Positions 7,639 through 15,236 of a DNA stretch of 15,236 nt are shown here, piece after piece. Every line of letters starts with the position of its first letter. The stretch's first letter is position 1. Source of the DNA: a virus; UHGV virus genome UHGV-1333077; one strand, written 5' to 3'. The translations under genes and the position numbers were made by a program. Under the pieces are notes generated by a model. That model did not search any database, was not told the DNA's origin, and was given only the letters and a program-made list of their open reading frames with translations.

Positions 7639-7658
7639 ACACATCTCCTTAACTTAGC

Positions 7659-8257
7659 TTACTGCTGATCTTCGACATATATCCCGGCAGAAATAATCGC
7701 TCCGCCGATTCGACGCTTACCATAAAGCAGAGGCACTGGGTAGCCTTGCGCTGCAGTGTTGGTTACCCCGCCAAACGCATACGATGNNNNNNNNNNNNNN
7801 NNNNNNNNNNNNNNNNNNNNNNNNNNNNNNNNNNNNNNNNNNNNNATAACATCTGAACTACCCCCCCCAGCGTTATGGACGCACCAGCAGCAAACATCAT
7901 ATTGCTGGCAGCTATACTCAGACCTGGCATCCAGATCGATGCAATCACTAATACTGCGCCCAGGATAGTTTGAATCAAACCGGCTTTTTTACTCCCGATG
8001 ATTACCGGAACAATGCGAATAACCTCGCCGGTAATCGGGAAGCCAAGGTCATCCACACCGATGTTTTTTTTACCCTTAAACACGGAGTATGTGAGCCCAC
8101 GGCGTTGGCTGGAAATCATAAACTGCTCAAATCCAGGAATGGTTTTTGCGAGTGCAACGCCTGCTTCGCTTACGCGGGATATCAGACGGTAGTGAACTTT
8201 GCCAAACGTTTTTCCAAGAACACTGCCTAATTCAATTCGACTCATGACCTCTTGCAT
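7659..8257 (-). CDS. I: Tail assembly protein I
   Basis: N-terminal part resembles lambda I (...IVPVIIGSKKAGLIQTILGAVLVIASIWM...GGVVQML). A 59-N gap (7787-7845) interrupts it. Beyond the gap the lambda-like C-terminus AQGYPVPLLYGKRRIGGAIISAGIYVEDQQ is in another apparent frame and ends at TAA 7659-7661. The track end at 7763 is a gap artefact. Confidence 0.85.
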
Positions 8258-8272
8258 ATAATCCCCCCACGT

Positions 8273-8296
8273 AAAAAAAACCGCCGAAGCGGTTTA
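8273..8296 (-). terminator. Intrinsic terminator for the K-I lipoprotein gene, upstream of I
   Basis: Minus-sense AAACCGC-TTCG-GCGGTTT followed by TTTTTTTT. Located 24-47 nt downstream of the lipoprotein stop. Confidence 0.6.
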
Positions 8297-8319
8297 ATTT
8301 GGTTGATTTATTTAGGTGT

Positions 8320-8715
8320 TTATTTATTAAAATGTTTCTTTTCAATGCTCATTGCTTGATTAAAGAAATTTGTAGCATTAATTACCGCCCTTTCACAATC
8401 CTTCTGCCCATAATGTCGATGGCATTGGAATTCAGCATTTATTGCCGTATCGCCGGACTGTTTAACCTTAGATGCCCGTCCTGCAAGTTGCCTTGTATCA
8501 ATAGGTGGGAATGTTGTTATAAATGTATCGTTAGCTGATTCTACTCTCATTTTTGTTGCAAACTCCAAATGCTGAGGAACCTTCGACCAAAGATAACTAC
8601 ATTCAGCCTCTGATGAACATGTGACAGGCTTAGTATCTAATACCGGCATTGGCCTATTATCAGCACATCCAGCGGTGGCAAGCACCACAAGACCAGAGAA
8701 CAATATTTTTTTCAC
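8320..8715 (-). CDS. Predicted lipoprotein (131 aa), accessory 'moron' gene inserted between tail genes K and I
   Basis: MKKILFSGLVVLATAGC: signal peptide with lipobox-like TAGC. GTG start with GGGAAG-type SD. Four further Cys in the mature part. AT-rich relative to flanking tail genes. Own terminator downstream. Not a lambda gene. Confidence 0.65.
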   Translation of the reverse strand: MKKILFSGLVVLATAGCADNRPMPVLDTKPVTCSSEAECSYLWSKVPQHLEFATKMRVESANDTFITTFPPIDTRQLAGRASKVKQSGDTAINAEFQCHRHYGQKDCERAVINATNFFNQAMSIEKKHFNK

Positions 8716-8802
8716 AATTAAGCTTCCCTTTCATTGAAAATATCAGAGGAATACTAACATGAAGTTATGGAGTGAGTAATTAACAACTTAACCACTATAG
8801 AA

Positions 8803-9513
8803 TTAACAAAATACTTTGTACCGAAGTACTTTCATTGTTCTTTCCTGCCAGTAGCCACCATATGGCACGCGCTGGCTAAGATGACCGTACAAATGATGCA
8901 GTAGCATATTGCCCTCAAGCAGGATCCCCGCGTGATTCCACTTATCGGCCTGGACCTGCATGATGATGAGGTCCCCTTCCTGAGGCGGGCCATCAAACTC
9001 CCTGAATCCGCACTCGTACCAGCACTCCTGATAGAAATTGTCCGGGTAGTCGTTTTCCCACCAGGGATAATCCACCCGGTAATCGTGGAGCTCGATACCG
9101 TGGGTCTGCCGGAAATAGCTCATTACCAGACCCCAGCAATCGAAGTGGCCAAGCACGAACGGACGCTCCAGCAATGGCAGCTCCCCGCGTGGCTGAATGG
9201 TACGTAAATCCCCCTCTGGCCAGCTCACAATATGCCAGGGCAGCAGCGTTGCATCACACTGTGCCTTATCCAGCTCGCTGGCCTGCGTCGTCGCATCAGG
9301 ATGGCTGTGAACAATGGCCACCACCGTCCCCCAGTCTTCTGCCGCTGCGTAATCTTCGGGGGACAGGTGAAAATGTTCAGTCGGCTCTGCTGCGAGATTA
9401 CGACAGGGAAAATAGCGCTCAACCCGGCTTTTCTGTGCCACCACGCCGCAGCACTCGCGCGGATATTCCGCTGCAGCGTGTGCCATGATGGCATCAATGG
9501 TTTTCTGGCGCAT
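8803..9513 (-). CDS. K: Tail assembly / tail tip protein K (MPN/JAB-like HSHP motif plus C-terminal NlpC/P60-like region)
   Basis: Position between L and I. HSHP motif and Cys...His arrangement typical of the gpK family. Probable start is ATG 9513-9511 (SD AGGAG, 5-nt spacer), 1 nt after the L stop; the track's 9549 start is an upstream in-frame extension. Confidence 0.85.
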   Translation of the reverse strand: MRQKTIDAIMAHAAAEYPRECCGVVAQKSRVERYFPCRNLAAEPTEHFHLSPEDYAAAEDWGTVVAIVHSHPDATTQASELDKAQCDATLLPWHIVSWPEGDLRTIQPRGELPLLERPFVLGHFDCWGLVMSYFRQTHGIELHDYRVDYPWWENDYPDNFYQECWYECGFREFDGPPQEGDLIIMQVQADKWNHAGILLEGNMLLHHLYGHLSQRVPYGGYWQERTMKVLRYKVFC

Positions 9514-9514
9514 A

Positions 9515-10279
9515 TCAACTCCTGATAAGAGATGTACCGGGGAAACCACCGAACGGCAGCTCGTTGCTGTATCCGTGCCGGAGCTTGCAGGCCGTCAGCG
9601 TGCCGTTGCATACATCCAGCGAGGGATCGTCAACCGGATTATTGTTTTTGTCGAAATAGCGCGTTCCGGCATAGTCGCAGCCGTCGCCGGTACGATATTT
9701 ATTCCGGATGCACCAGGTACACAGGGAATGAAGCTGTCGCGTCGGGATCATTTGCCCCTGCAGGTCCATCGGGCTGGATAGTGTGAACTCAACAACTTCA
9801 TTGGTTTCACTGCTCTTTGCATCGATGTAGAAAACCTTCAGCTTCTCCTGGGTCGGATCGGCTGTCGGATTGCCTCCGGTGAAGTTTCTCGCATCAAGAT
9901 ACTTACCAAGGGTGTCATGTATCGTCACCTTCGCCTGCAGCATATCGTCGTAAGCCAGGCAAAGCGCGGTGATCGAACTGTCGAGGTTAGCAACCGAAAG
10001 TTTTGGCTGGGCACTACTTCCCGAGGTTGAAGCTTCNNNNNNNNNNATCCCATCAATCTGGCATGGCCACGCTTTATACTCCTCACCCTGCCACCAGATA
10101 GATTTTGCTGGCAGTTTATTTTCATCACCGCCAGCAGCCTCAATCTCTTCCGGGGTATGCGCGATGTTATGTGCGTGGAAGCGGAGTACATCTGACATAC
10201 CGAACGCTGTGCCATCGACAGAAAAAAGCCGGACTTCATTGCCCGGCTCGAGTTTTTGATAATCAGCATTAAGACTCAT
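9515..10279 (-). CDS. L: Minor tail protein L
   Basis: 254 aa with the Cys-rich C-terminal region typical of gpL. ATGA overlap with the M stop. Contains the N gap at 10037-10046. Confidence 0.9.
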   Translation of the reverse strand: MSLNADYQKLEPGNEVRLFSVDGTAFGMSDVLRFHAHNIAHTPEEIEAAGGDENKLPAKSIWWQGEEYKAWPCQIDGXXXXEASTSGSSAQPKLSVANLDSSITALCLAYDDMLQAKVTIHDTLGKYLDARNFTGGNPTADPTQEKLKVFYIDAKSSETNEVVEFTLSSPMDLQGQMIPTRQLHSLCTWCIRNKYRTGDGCDYAGTRYFDKNNNPVDDPSLDVCNGTLTACKLRHGYSNELPFGGFPGTSLIRS

Positions 10280-10623
10280 GGTGCAAATGCCTGTTCAAAC
10301 GTTGCGGTTACGGTTATCACTTTTACGTTTTTAACCACCTTTTTGAGCGTGTCAGCCTCGACACGCCACAGCGCGGTATCGCCGAAAGGCGGTGTGAAAA
10401 TAAACGACTTCACTTTATGCCGCCGAAGGAAAGCGTGAATTTCATTCGCTGTAGTCGGATCCCCTGAGAAGGAAAATTCATAGGTGCGAATCTCATCATT
10501 CAGGCCGGAGCCGCTCACCTGTGCGTACCCGTCGCCGAACTGAACCTTCCTGACTGTGTCTTTGCTTCCCTCGGTGGGCTGGCTGGAAACCTTAATGCCC
10601 CAGGGGAATGTTTCTATCGTCAT
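10276..10623 (-). CDS. M: Minor tail protein M
   Basis: 115 aa. VRKVQFGDGYAQ...FTPPFGD parallels lambda M (VRKVRFGDGYSQ...WTPPYEW, recalled). Sits between H and L. Confidence 0.9.
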   Translation of the reverse strand: MTIETFPWGIKVSSQPTEGSKDTVRKVQFGDGYAQVSGSGLNDEIRTYEFSFSGDPTTANEIHAFLRRHKVKSFIFTPPFGDTALWRVEADTLKKVVKNVKVITVTATFEQAFAP

Positions 10624-10628
10624 AACTG

Positions 10629-13145
10629 TTACCTGCGATTGGTCGCATTCCAGATAAGCCCACCGGGCTGGATTGCCCTGGCGATACCCTCGTTGACAGA
10701 TTTGTTAATCACCTGCTGATACGCCTTACCCAGCCTGTCTCCGTCGTTTTGCTGCTGTGCGTTACCGGAAGCATTCTCGACCGTCACCGGCGCGTACACG
10801 CTCACCCCGAAAGGTGCTGCAGCGGGACCTGTACCACCGCCCCCGACATACCCTCCCGTGGCATAGCCTTTCATCATCCGGTAAAGATTGCCGACGCCGA
10901 TCCGGCTGGTAGCCTCTTTGGTGAAAACAAATTCGCCACGGTGAACGACACCTGCGGGTTCATATTTCCCGCCTGAACCGGTATAACCGCCACCTGCAAA
11001 TCCCAGCGCGGTTGATGCTGAATCCACTAAGCCTACCATCGCCTGTTTCAGCAGGATCTGTGTCAGCATGGAGAGCGTGGAGCGGGTGAAGTCAGCCCAG
11101 TCAGCCTTTCCGCGCGTCAGCATGTCAGCCATATTTTGCCCGATGCCATCAAACGCACTGGTGGCAGCCGACTTCATCTGGCCATAAGCATCTGAAGCAG
11201 AATCAACATAATCTGCCCATGCGGATTTGGCTCCGGACTGCCAGTCGTCCCGCAGCTTATCCTGCTCGGCGTAATACGCCTGCAGCGCCTGCAGCTCATT
11301 CTGATAACCAGCATCGTTCTCCGAACCACCACCATTTTTCCAGCCCTGAAGAAGCTGGGCCTCTTCATTGCGACGTTGTGCTGCACGACTGCTCATACCA
11401 GCACTTTCCGCAAGGGCTCGGGTTTTCTCGCCGATCTGCGTGACGTATTTTTGGGACGTATCCTGCAGGCGATTAAGCCGCTCCTGCGCCACTATCTGAT
11501 CGCCGAGCTTCGCATTCAGCTCCGCACGGGAAAGCACCTCACTTTTACTGGCCAGCAGGGATTTTTCCTCAGCAGAAAGCGTTCGGGTCTTCGCGGCCTC
11601 TTCCAGAACCGTAAAGCGGGACTGCTGACGCCACAGCTCCTGACGCTGCTGGCTGATGGTGTCATTGATGCTCTTATGCTCCTGCAGGGTGCGCAGCTGT
11701 GTCTGTAGCTCCAGCGTCTGGGCACTGGCCGTATCGGTGGCACGGGCACCTGCGGGGGTTCTGATTGCCGGGGTCTTCTTCGGCTTTTTAAGGGTGTCTT
11801 CGTACTCTTTTTTCGCGGCAGCCAGGTTGATGTTGTAGTCAGCCTGGAGGATCCGCCCCTCTTTCAGCGCCTTGTTGAGCTCGCTCTGCCTGGCCGTGTA
11901 TTTCTCCAGTGCCGTCTGCGTTTTGGCATAGTTTGCCTGTGCCTGCGCAGCATACTTCTGGCGATCCGATTCCGCAGCCGCTTCGCGCGATGCATTCTCT
12001 TCGTTCGCCCTGGCAATTCCCGCCTGCTGCTGCGCCATATCCAGCGCAAGCCTGGCCGTTTCGCGGTCATTCCAGAATCGGGCGCGAGCCTCATCATTGA
12101 CATATCGGTCACCTTTACGCAGGTTCCAGATTTCATCAGCTTTTTTGAACGCGGCTTCGGCTTTTGCCACCATCTCCTGCGCGGTGTCAGGTCGGCCAAT
12201 ATCGAGGGCTGCATCCCACATCGACTTGAAGGCGCGCTTCAGGGAGTCCGCTGAAGACTCTATCGTCCCCATATTGTCGCGGATGGCTTTGGTCTGATCG
12301 TTGAATCCGGCTGTAGCCGCCTCGTTAGCCGCCTGCAGTGCGCCAGCCTCATCACCGGCACGCTGCAGCTGCGCCACATGGGCAATCTGTTCTGCGGTAA
12401 CGTTATGGAACTGCTGGGCCATCGCGATCAGGCCCGATGTCGGGTCAGTTGCGAGCTTGCCGTAGGCTGCAGCGACTTTCTCCACCGGCACGCCGGAGGC
12501 ATCAGTAAACCGCGCCACCGCCTGGCTCATTTCATCAAAGCGCGAGCCAGTACGCACACCTGCATTGATAAGCTCGGTCAGGGCTTCACTGGTCTGGTTG
12601 AACGTTAGCCCCGCTGCCTGTCCGTTCCGCGCCAGTGCCAGCATGCGGTCAGCTGTCAGTCCGGCTGTGTTCCCCGACAGTACCAGCGTTTTGTTGAAAT
12701 CAGACAGAGTGGAAGAGCCCTGGTACCAGGCATAGAACAACGCGCCCGTTGCAACGGACAATGCACCAATGCCGACCATCAACGGGGAAATCGTCCCCAG
12801 CAACGCCCGGAATGTCGGAATGATCCCGCCAAAGGAGTCCTTAACCTGACCGCCCTGCTGAAGCAGAATCAGCCAGGGGTTCTGCCCACCCGCCAGCTGC
12901 GTGGCCACGTCAGTAAACTGCGCCGGGAGCATACGCATCGCTGCGTTATACTGACCCACTGAAATACCGGCCTTACGCGCGGCGTTCTCCTGGCGGCTGA
13001 AGGACTGCTGGATACGTAACGCTTCATCGTTTGCCGTATTGCCGGTCTGTTTTAATTCTTTTTTGACGTAGCTGAGCTGCTCGTTGAATTTTGTCGAGTT
13101 AACGTCAAGGTTAACGACCAGATCACCGACTGCCGTCTGGGCCAT
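10629..13145 (-). CDS. H: Tail tape measure protein H
   Basis: 838 aa. Long stretches match recalled lambda H nearly exactly (GISVGQYNAAMRMLPAQFTDVATQLAGGQNPWLILLQQGGQVKDSFGG...; C-terminal GGKYEPAGVVHRGEFVFTKEATSRIGVGNLYRMMKGYATGGYVG). Confidence 0.95.
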   Translation of the reverse strand: MAQTAVGDLVVNLDVNSTKFNEQLSYVKKELKQTGNTANDEALRIQQSFSRQENAARKAGISVGQYNAAMRMLPAQFTDVATQLAGGQNPWLILLQQGGQVKDSFGGIIPTFRALLGTISPLMVGIGALSVATGALFYAWYQGSSTLSDFNKTLVLSGNTAGLTADRMLALARNGQAAGLTFNQTSEALTELINAGVRTGSRFDEMSQAVARFTDASGVPVEKVAAAYGKLATDPTSGLIAMAQQFHNVTAEQIAHVAQLQRAGDEAGALQAANEAATAGFNDQTKAIRDNMGTIESSADSLKRAFKSMWDAALDIGRPDTAQEMVAKAEAAFKKADEIWNLRKGDRYVNDEARARFWNDRETARLALDMAQQQAGIARANEENASREAAAESDRQKYAAQAQANYAKTQTALEKYTARQSELNKALKEGRILQADYNINLAAAKKEYEDTLKKPKKTPAIRTPAGARATDTASAQTLELQTQLRTLQEHKSINDTISQQRQELWRQQSRFTVLEEAAKTRTLSAEEKSLLASKSEVLSRAELNAKLGDQIVAQERLNRLQDTSQKYVTQIGEKTRALAESAGMSSRAAQRRNEEAQLLQGWKNGGGSENDAGYQNELQALQAYYAEQDKLRDDWQSGAKSAWADYVDSASDAYGQMKSAATSAFDGIGQNMADMLTRGKADWADFTRSTLSMLTQILLKQAMVGLVDSASTALGFAGGGYTGSGGKYEPAGVVHRGEFVFTKEATSRIGVGNLYRMMKGYATGGYVGGGGTGPAAAPFGVSVYAPVTVENASGNAQQQNDGDRLGKAYQQVINKSVNEGIARAIQPGGLIWNATNRR

Positions 13146-13443
13146 AGCGCACGCCTCCTGAAATACCTGCAGCCTTCGCCATCAGCGTATCGTCATCCGG
13201 ATCATCGATGTCGATGGCTTCCGGTGCAGAGGAAAGAATGCTGAAACTGTCCGGGGTTAACTCCGGATCGGCAAAAAACAGGGTTGAGATGGTGTAGAGC
13301 AAGCCGGAGAAATGTGCGTCCAGCTGCGCATCATGAAAGTAATTGTCCTGGTAGAAGATTTTCCAGTCGCCGTACTCCGTAGAGGACATGCCAGCAAGCA
13401 TGGCACGCCAGTCCGGGCGACCGAACTCACGCGCCAGTTTCAT
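13123..13443 (-). CDS. T: Tail assembly chaperone T, in the -1 frame relative to G (expected to be expressed as a G-T fusion)
   Basis: The -1 frame is open from the slippery site into this ORF (...GKVLASELKFAMKLAREFGRPDW...). Position between G and H as in lambda. Confidence 0.85.
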   Translation of the reverse strand: MKLAREFGRPDWRAMLAGMSSTEYGDWKIFYQDNYFHDAQLDAHFSGLLYTISTLFFADPELTPDSFSILSSAPEAIDIDDPDDDTLMAKAAGISGGVRYGPDGSR

Positions 13444-13451
13444 GGCAAATT

Positions 13452-13878
13452 TCAGCTCACTGGCGAGGACTTTTCCGCAGTAACGGGTTCAGCGGGATCA
13501 TTACGTTCTTCACCGGATGAAGTCGGTTCTTCAATGACAGGCGCAATCATCCCGGACAGGAGTTTCACCTTATATTCCGCTTCGGCAACCAGTTCGGTCG
13601 GCCATGACTGCATGACCTCATCCTGAATCTTTGCCACTTCCGCCGCCGCATTTTCTCCCTGGGAGCCTTTCAGTTCGTGGCCGTGCCAGAGTGACATCGC
13701 CACGAGGAACGCCCCACTTTTTANNNNNNNNNNNNNNNNNNGCCGCCTGAAAATCGCCAGCTTCAACTGCCTCAAGTTGTTTCAGGTATTCGAGGTATTC
13801 AATACGCTGCAGCGCCGACAGCTGGAACAATGTGACGCTGCTGCCGTTACTTTCAAGCAGCTCGCTCTTTAGAAACAT
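13452..13878 (-). CDS. G: Tail assembly chaperone G
   Basis: MFLKSELLESNGSSVTLFQLSALQRIEYLEYL... and ...GAFLVAMSLWHGHE...DPAEPVTAEKSSPVS parallel lambda G (MFLKTESFEHNGVTVTLSELSALQRIEHL...; ...GAFLVAMSLWHNH...AGPAEPVSAGKCSTVS, recalled). The N gap at 13724-13741 splits it into two apparent ORFs in the track. Confidence 0.85.
13470..13476 (-). promoter_or_regulatory. Putative -1 programmed ribosomal frameshift heptamer GGAAAAG near the 3' end of G
   Basis: Minus-sense ...ACT GCG GAA AAG TCC... The -1 frame from here reads GGA AAA GTC ... straight into T. Lambda uses GGGAAAG at the equivalent place (established knowledge); this heptamer differs at position 3. Confidence 0.5.
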
Positions 13879-13894
13879 AATTACTCCGGGGGAA

Positions 13895-13910
13895 CGGGGC
13901 TTTCGCCCCG
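13895..13910 (-). promoter_or_regulatory. GC-rich hairpin with GAAA tetraloop in the V-G intergenic region
   Basis: Plus cggggc-tttc-gccccg (minus-sense CGGGGC-GAAA-GCCCCG). No U tract follows, so it is not a terminator; it lies just upstream of the G ribosome-binding site. Confidence 0.3.
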
Positions 13911-13914
13911 GTTA

Positions 13915-14652
13915 TCAGGAAACAGTGACTTTGCAGATCGCCACAAAGTTACCGTCATTGCTCATTACGATGATCTCGACGGTGCCTGCCGCCACGCCGG
14001 TAACAGTCAGGGTATTGCCGCTGACGGTGACCGTTGCTTTTGACGGATCAGAACTGGCTACGCGGAAAGACTTATCTGAAGCACTTGCTGGCAGGACAGA
14101 AACAACCAGTTGCACAGTTTCACCGACCGCAACAGCTGCAGTGGATTTATCCAGGCTGATCCCCGTAACGGCAATCGGCGCGGTACCACTGTCTTCGGCC
14201 AGCGATGGTTTGCCATTGTTGGTGATTTTTGCCGTGCGGGTCATGACCTCTTTGGACGTAATGGTCTTGCCGAGACTGCTCACCCAGCCCTTAAACACAT
14301 CGACAACACCATTCGGATATTTGATTTTATACCCCTTCACGGTGCCTTCATCGAACCAGTTCACCAGGTCCTGCTGACCGGAATCCTCCGGCATCCATGC
14401 GAGCGTCAGGTTTGTTTCACCGGCTGATTTCTGCCCCTGCATCGTTGATGTCCAGTCGGCATTCTCATCATCGATGTAGGTGTCATCTTCCGATTCAGCT
14501 GTCAGTTCTCCGGGCTGCAGGTCTTTAATCTTTGCCAGGCGCAGCCAGTCAACGTCTGAAAGCGGATTGGCGTATGGATCACCAGTTCCGGTGTAAACCC
14601 AGAGGGTGGTACCAGCACCTTTTGTTGGTGCCAGCGGGTTTGGTGTGGCCAT
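13915..14652 (-). CDS. V: Major tail protein V (with C-terminal Ig-like domain)
   Basis: 245 aa, closely parallel to recalled lambda V ([49 protein letters not shown]...GQKSAG.T..TLAWMP...; C-terminal DKSFR...KATV.VSG.T.TV.GVAAG). Confidence 0.95.
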   Translation of the reverse strand: MATPNPLAPTKGAGTTLWVYTGTGDPYANPLSDVDWLRLAKIKDLQPGELTAESEDDTYIDDENADWTSTMQGQKSAGETNLTLAWMPEDSGQQDLVNWFDEGTVKGYKIKYPNGVVDVFKGWVSSLGKTITSKEVMTRTAKITNNGKPSLAEDSGTAPIAVTGISLDKSTAAVAVGETVQLVVSVLPASASDKSFRVASSDPSKATVTVSGNTLTVTGVAAGTVEIIVMSNDGNFVAICKVTVS

Positions 14653-14659
14653 AGGGTCC

Positions 14660-15058
14660 TCACATGTCGTAAGTAATGGAATATTTCAGGTCGGCAGAAC
14701 TCCACAGCGCCATATCGTCATCGCGCTGGTAGTCATAGCCCTGCTGAACCATTGTGGTGATAAGAGATTCAAGCCCCGGAACCTCTGCGAGAACCGGATA
14801 CACTCTCGTCTCCATCCAGTCATCCAGATCAGAATCAGGTACCTGAGCCTCAAGAAAGACTTCGATATGCAGAATGGCCTGCCAGCTATCGGCGTCCAGT
14901 TCTTCCCCTGTGTATTCCGCATCTGTCAGGTAGACGGCAACAGCGGGAAAATCACCCTCTTCGAGCACTGCAGGTCTGCCGTCAAAATAAATGACATCAG
15001 TACCAATCGCGCTTTCCAGCGCGTCAATAATCACCTTGCGAATATCGCTGTGTTTCAT
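14660..15058 (-). CDS. U: Tail terminator protein U
   Basis: 132 aa. [15 protein letters not shown]...[54 protein letters not shown]...GYDY.RDDD..LWSSADL.Y.ITY.M matches lambda U almost throughout (recalled). Confidence 0.95.
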   Translation of the reverse strand: MKHSDIRKVIIDALESAIGTDVIYFDGRPAVLEEGDFPAVAVYLTDAEYTGEELDADSWQAILHIEVFLEAQVPDSDLDDWMETRVYPVLAEVPGLESLITTMVQQGYDYQRDDDMALWSSADLKYSITYDM

Positions 15059-15236
15059 CGTGTCAGAATTAACCTGAGTTGGTTGGTAAGGGATGCCCGG
15101 AGCTCTTTGGGCATATCTGACTCCATGAGCTTCGGCAGTTCTTCTTTAAATGCCGTAGTTAATGGAGCTGCCAGCGGGATGCTGACCACTTCAATGGGGT
15201 AACGAGGTTTTGAAGTCCGCCTCATGACATGCCAGC
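15055..15236 (-). CDS. Z: C-terminal fragment (about 59 codons) of the gene upstream of U, by position the lambda Z-like tail completion protein; 5' end beyond the window
   Basis: Open minus-strand frame ...[58 protein letters not shown]. Its stop TGA overlaps the U start (ATGA). Assignment is by synteny only; I cannot recall the lambda Z sequence to confirm. Confidence 0.6.
   Translation of the reverse strand, partial: WHVMRRTSKPRYPIEVVSIPLAAPLTTAFKEELPKLMESDMPKELRASLTNQLRLILTR

Noticed and set aside
7756-8230. Plus-strand ORFs 7756..7968, 7970..8230 and 7998..8192
   Set aside because: Antisense to gene I; the first spans the 59-N gap.
8299-8538. Plus-strand ORF of 79 aa
   Set aside because: Antisense to the minus-strand lipoprotein gene, which has a signal peptide, RBS and terminator; the plus ORF has none of these.
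8932-13626. Numerous 60-110 aa ORFs on both strands inside K, L, M, H and T (for example 9174..9488, 9925..10269, 11376..11708, 11864..12214, 13312..13626)
   Set aside because: They overlap genes that have strong lambda homology and are typical spurious ORFs in GC-rich coding DNA.
13832-15202. Plus-strand ORFs 13832..14377, 14110..14427 and 14606..15202, and minus ORFs 14502..14705 and 14686..14922
   Set aside because: Antisense or out-of-frame overlaps with V, U and the Z fragment.
1-15236. CRISPR arrays, tRNA or rRNA genes, and insertion sequences
   Set aside because: No direct-repeat/spacer periodicity, no cloverleaf-like conserved tRNA segments and no transposase-like ORFs were seen. 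The only recombinase is the serine invertase.

Overview
This window is the tail-morphogenesis end of a lambda-like (lambdoid) prophage or phage, with almost everything encoded on the minus strand. Reading from high to low coordinates the order is lambda's own: Z (C-terminal fragment), U, V, G, T (reached by -1 frameshift from G), H tape measure, M, L, K, I, J, then a short lambda-Stf-like side tail fibre with its Tfa chaperone, and the 5' end of a Gin/Pin/Cin-family DNA invertase running off the window start. Assignments rest on recalled similarity to lambda proteins (H, V and U are very close; J, I, G, M, L and the Stf/Tfa C-termini are clearly related); no search was run. The most interesting feature is a roughly 1.8 kb invertible tail-fibre switch (312..2107): a perfect 15-bp inverted repeat sits in the same codon phase inside two opposed tail-fibre reading frames, enclosing two alternative fibre C-terminal cassettes and two convergent tfa genes, next to the invertase. 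This is a known class of system (Mu G, P1 C, e14 P) rather than a new one. The best candidates for undescribed functions are three AT-rich insertions that break lambda's gene order, each with its own terminator: a 131-aa lipoprotein between K and I, small acidic ORFs between I and J, and a 77-aa lipoprotein directly beside the J receptor-binding end. Their functions cannot be read from the sequence. Nine runs of N (assembly gaps) fall inside genes and create apparent frameshifts that should not be read as pseudogenes. No rRNA, tRNA or CRISPR array was seen.
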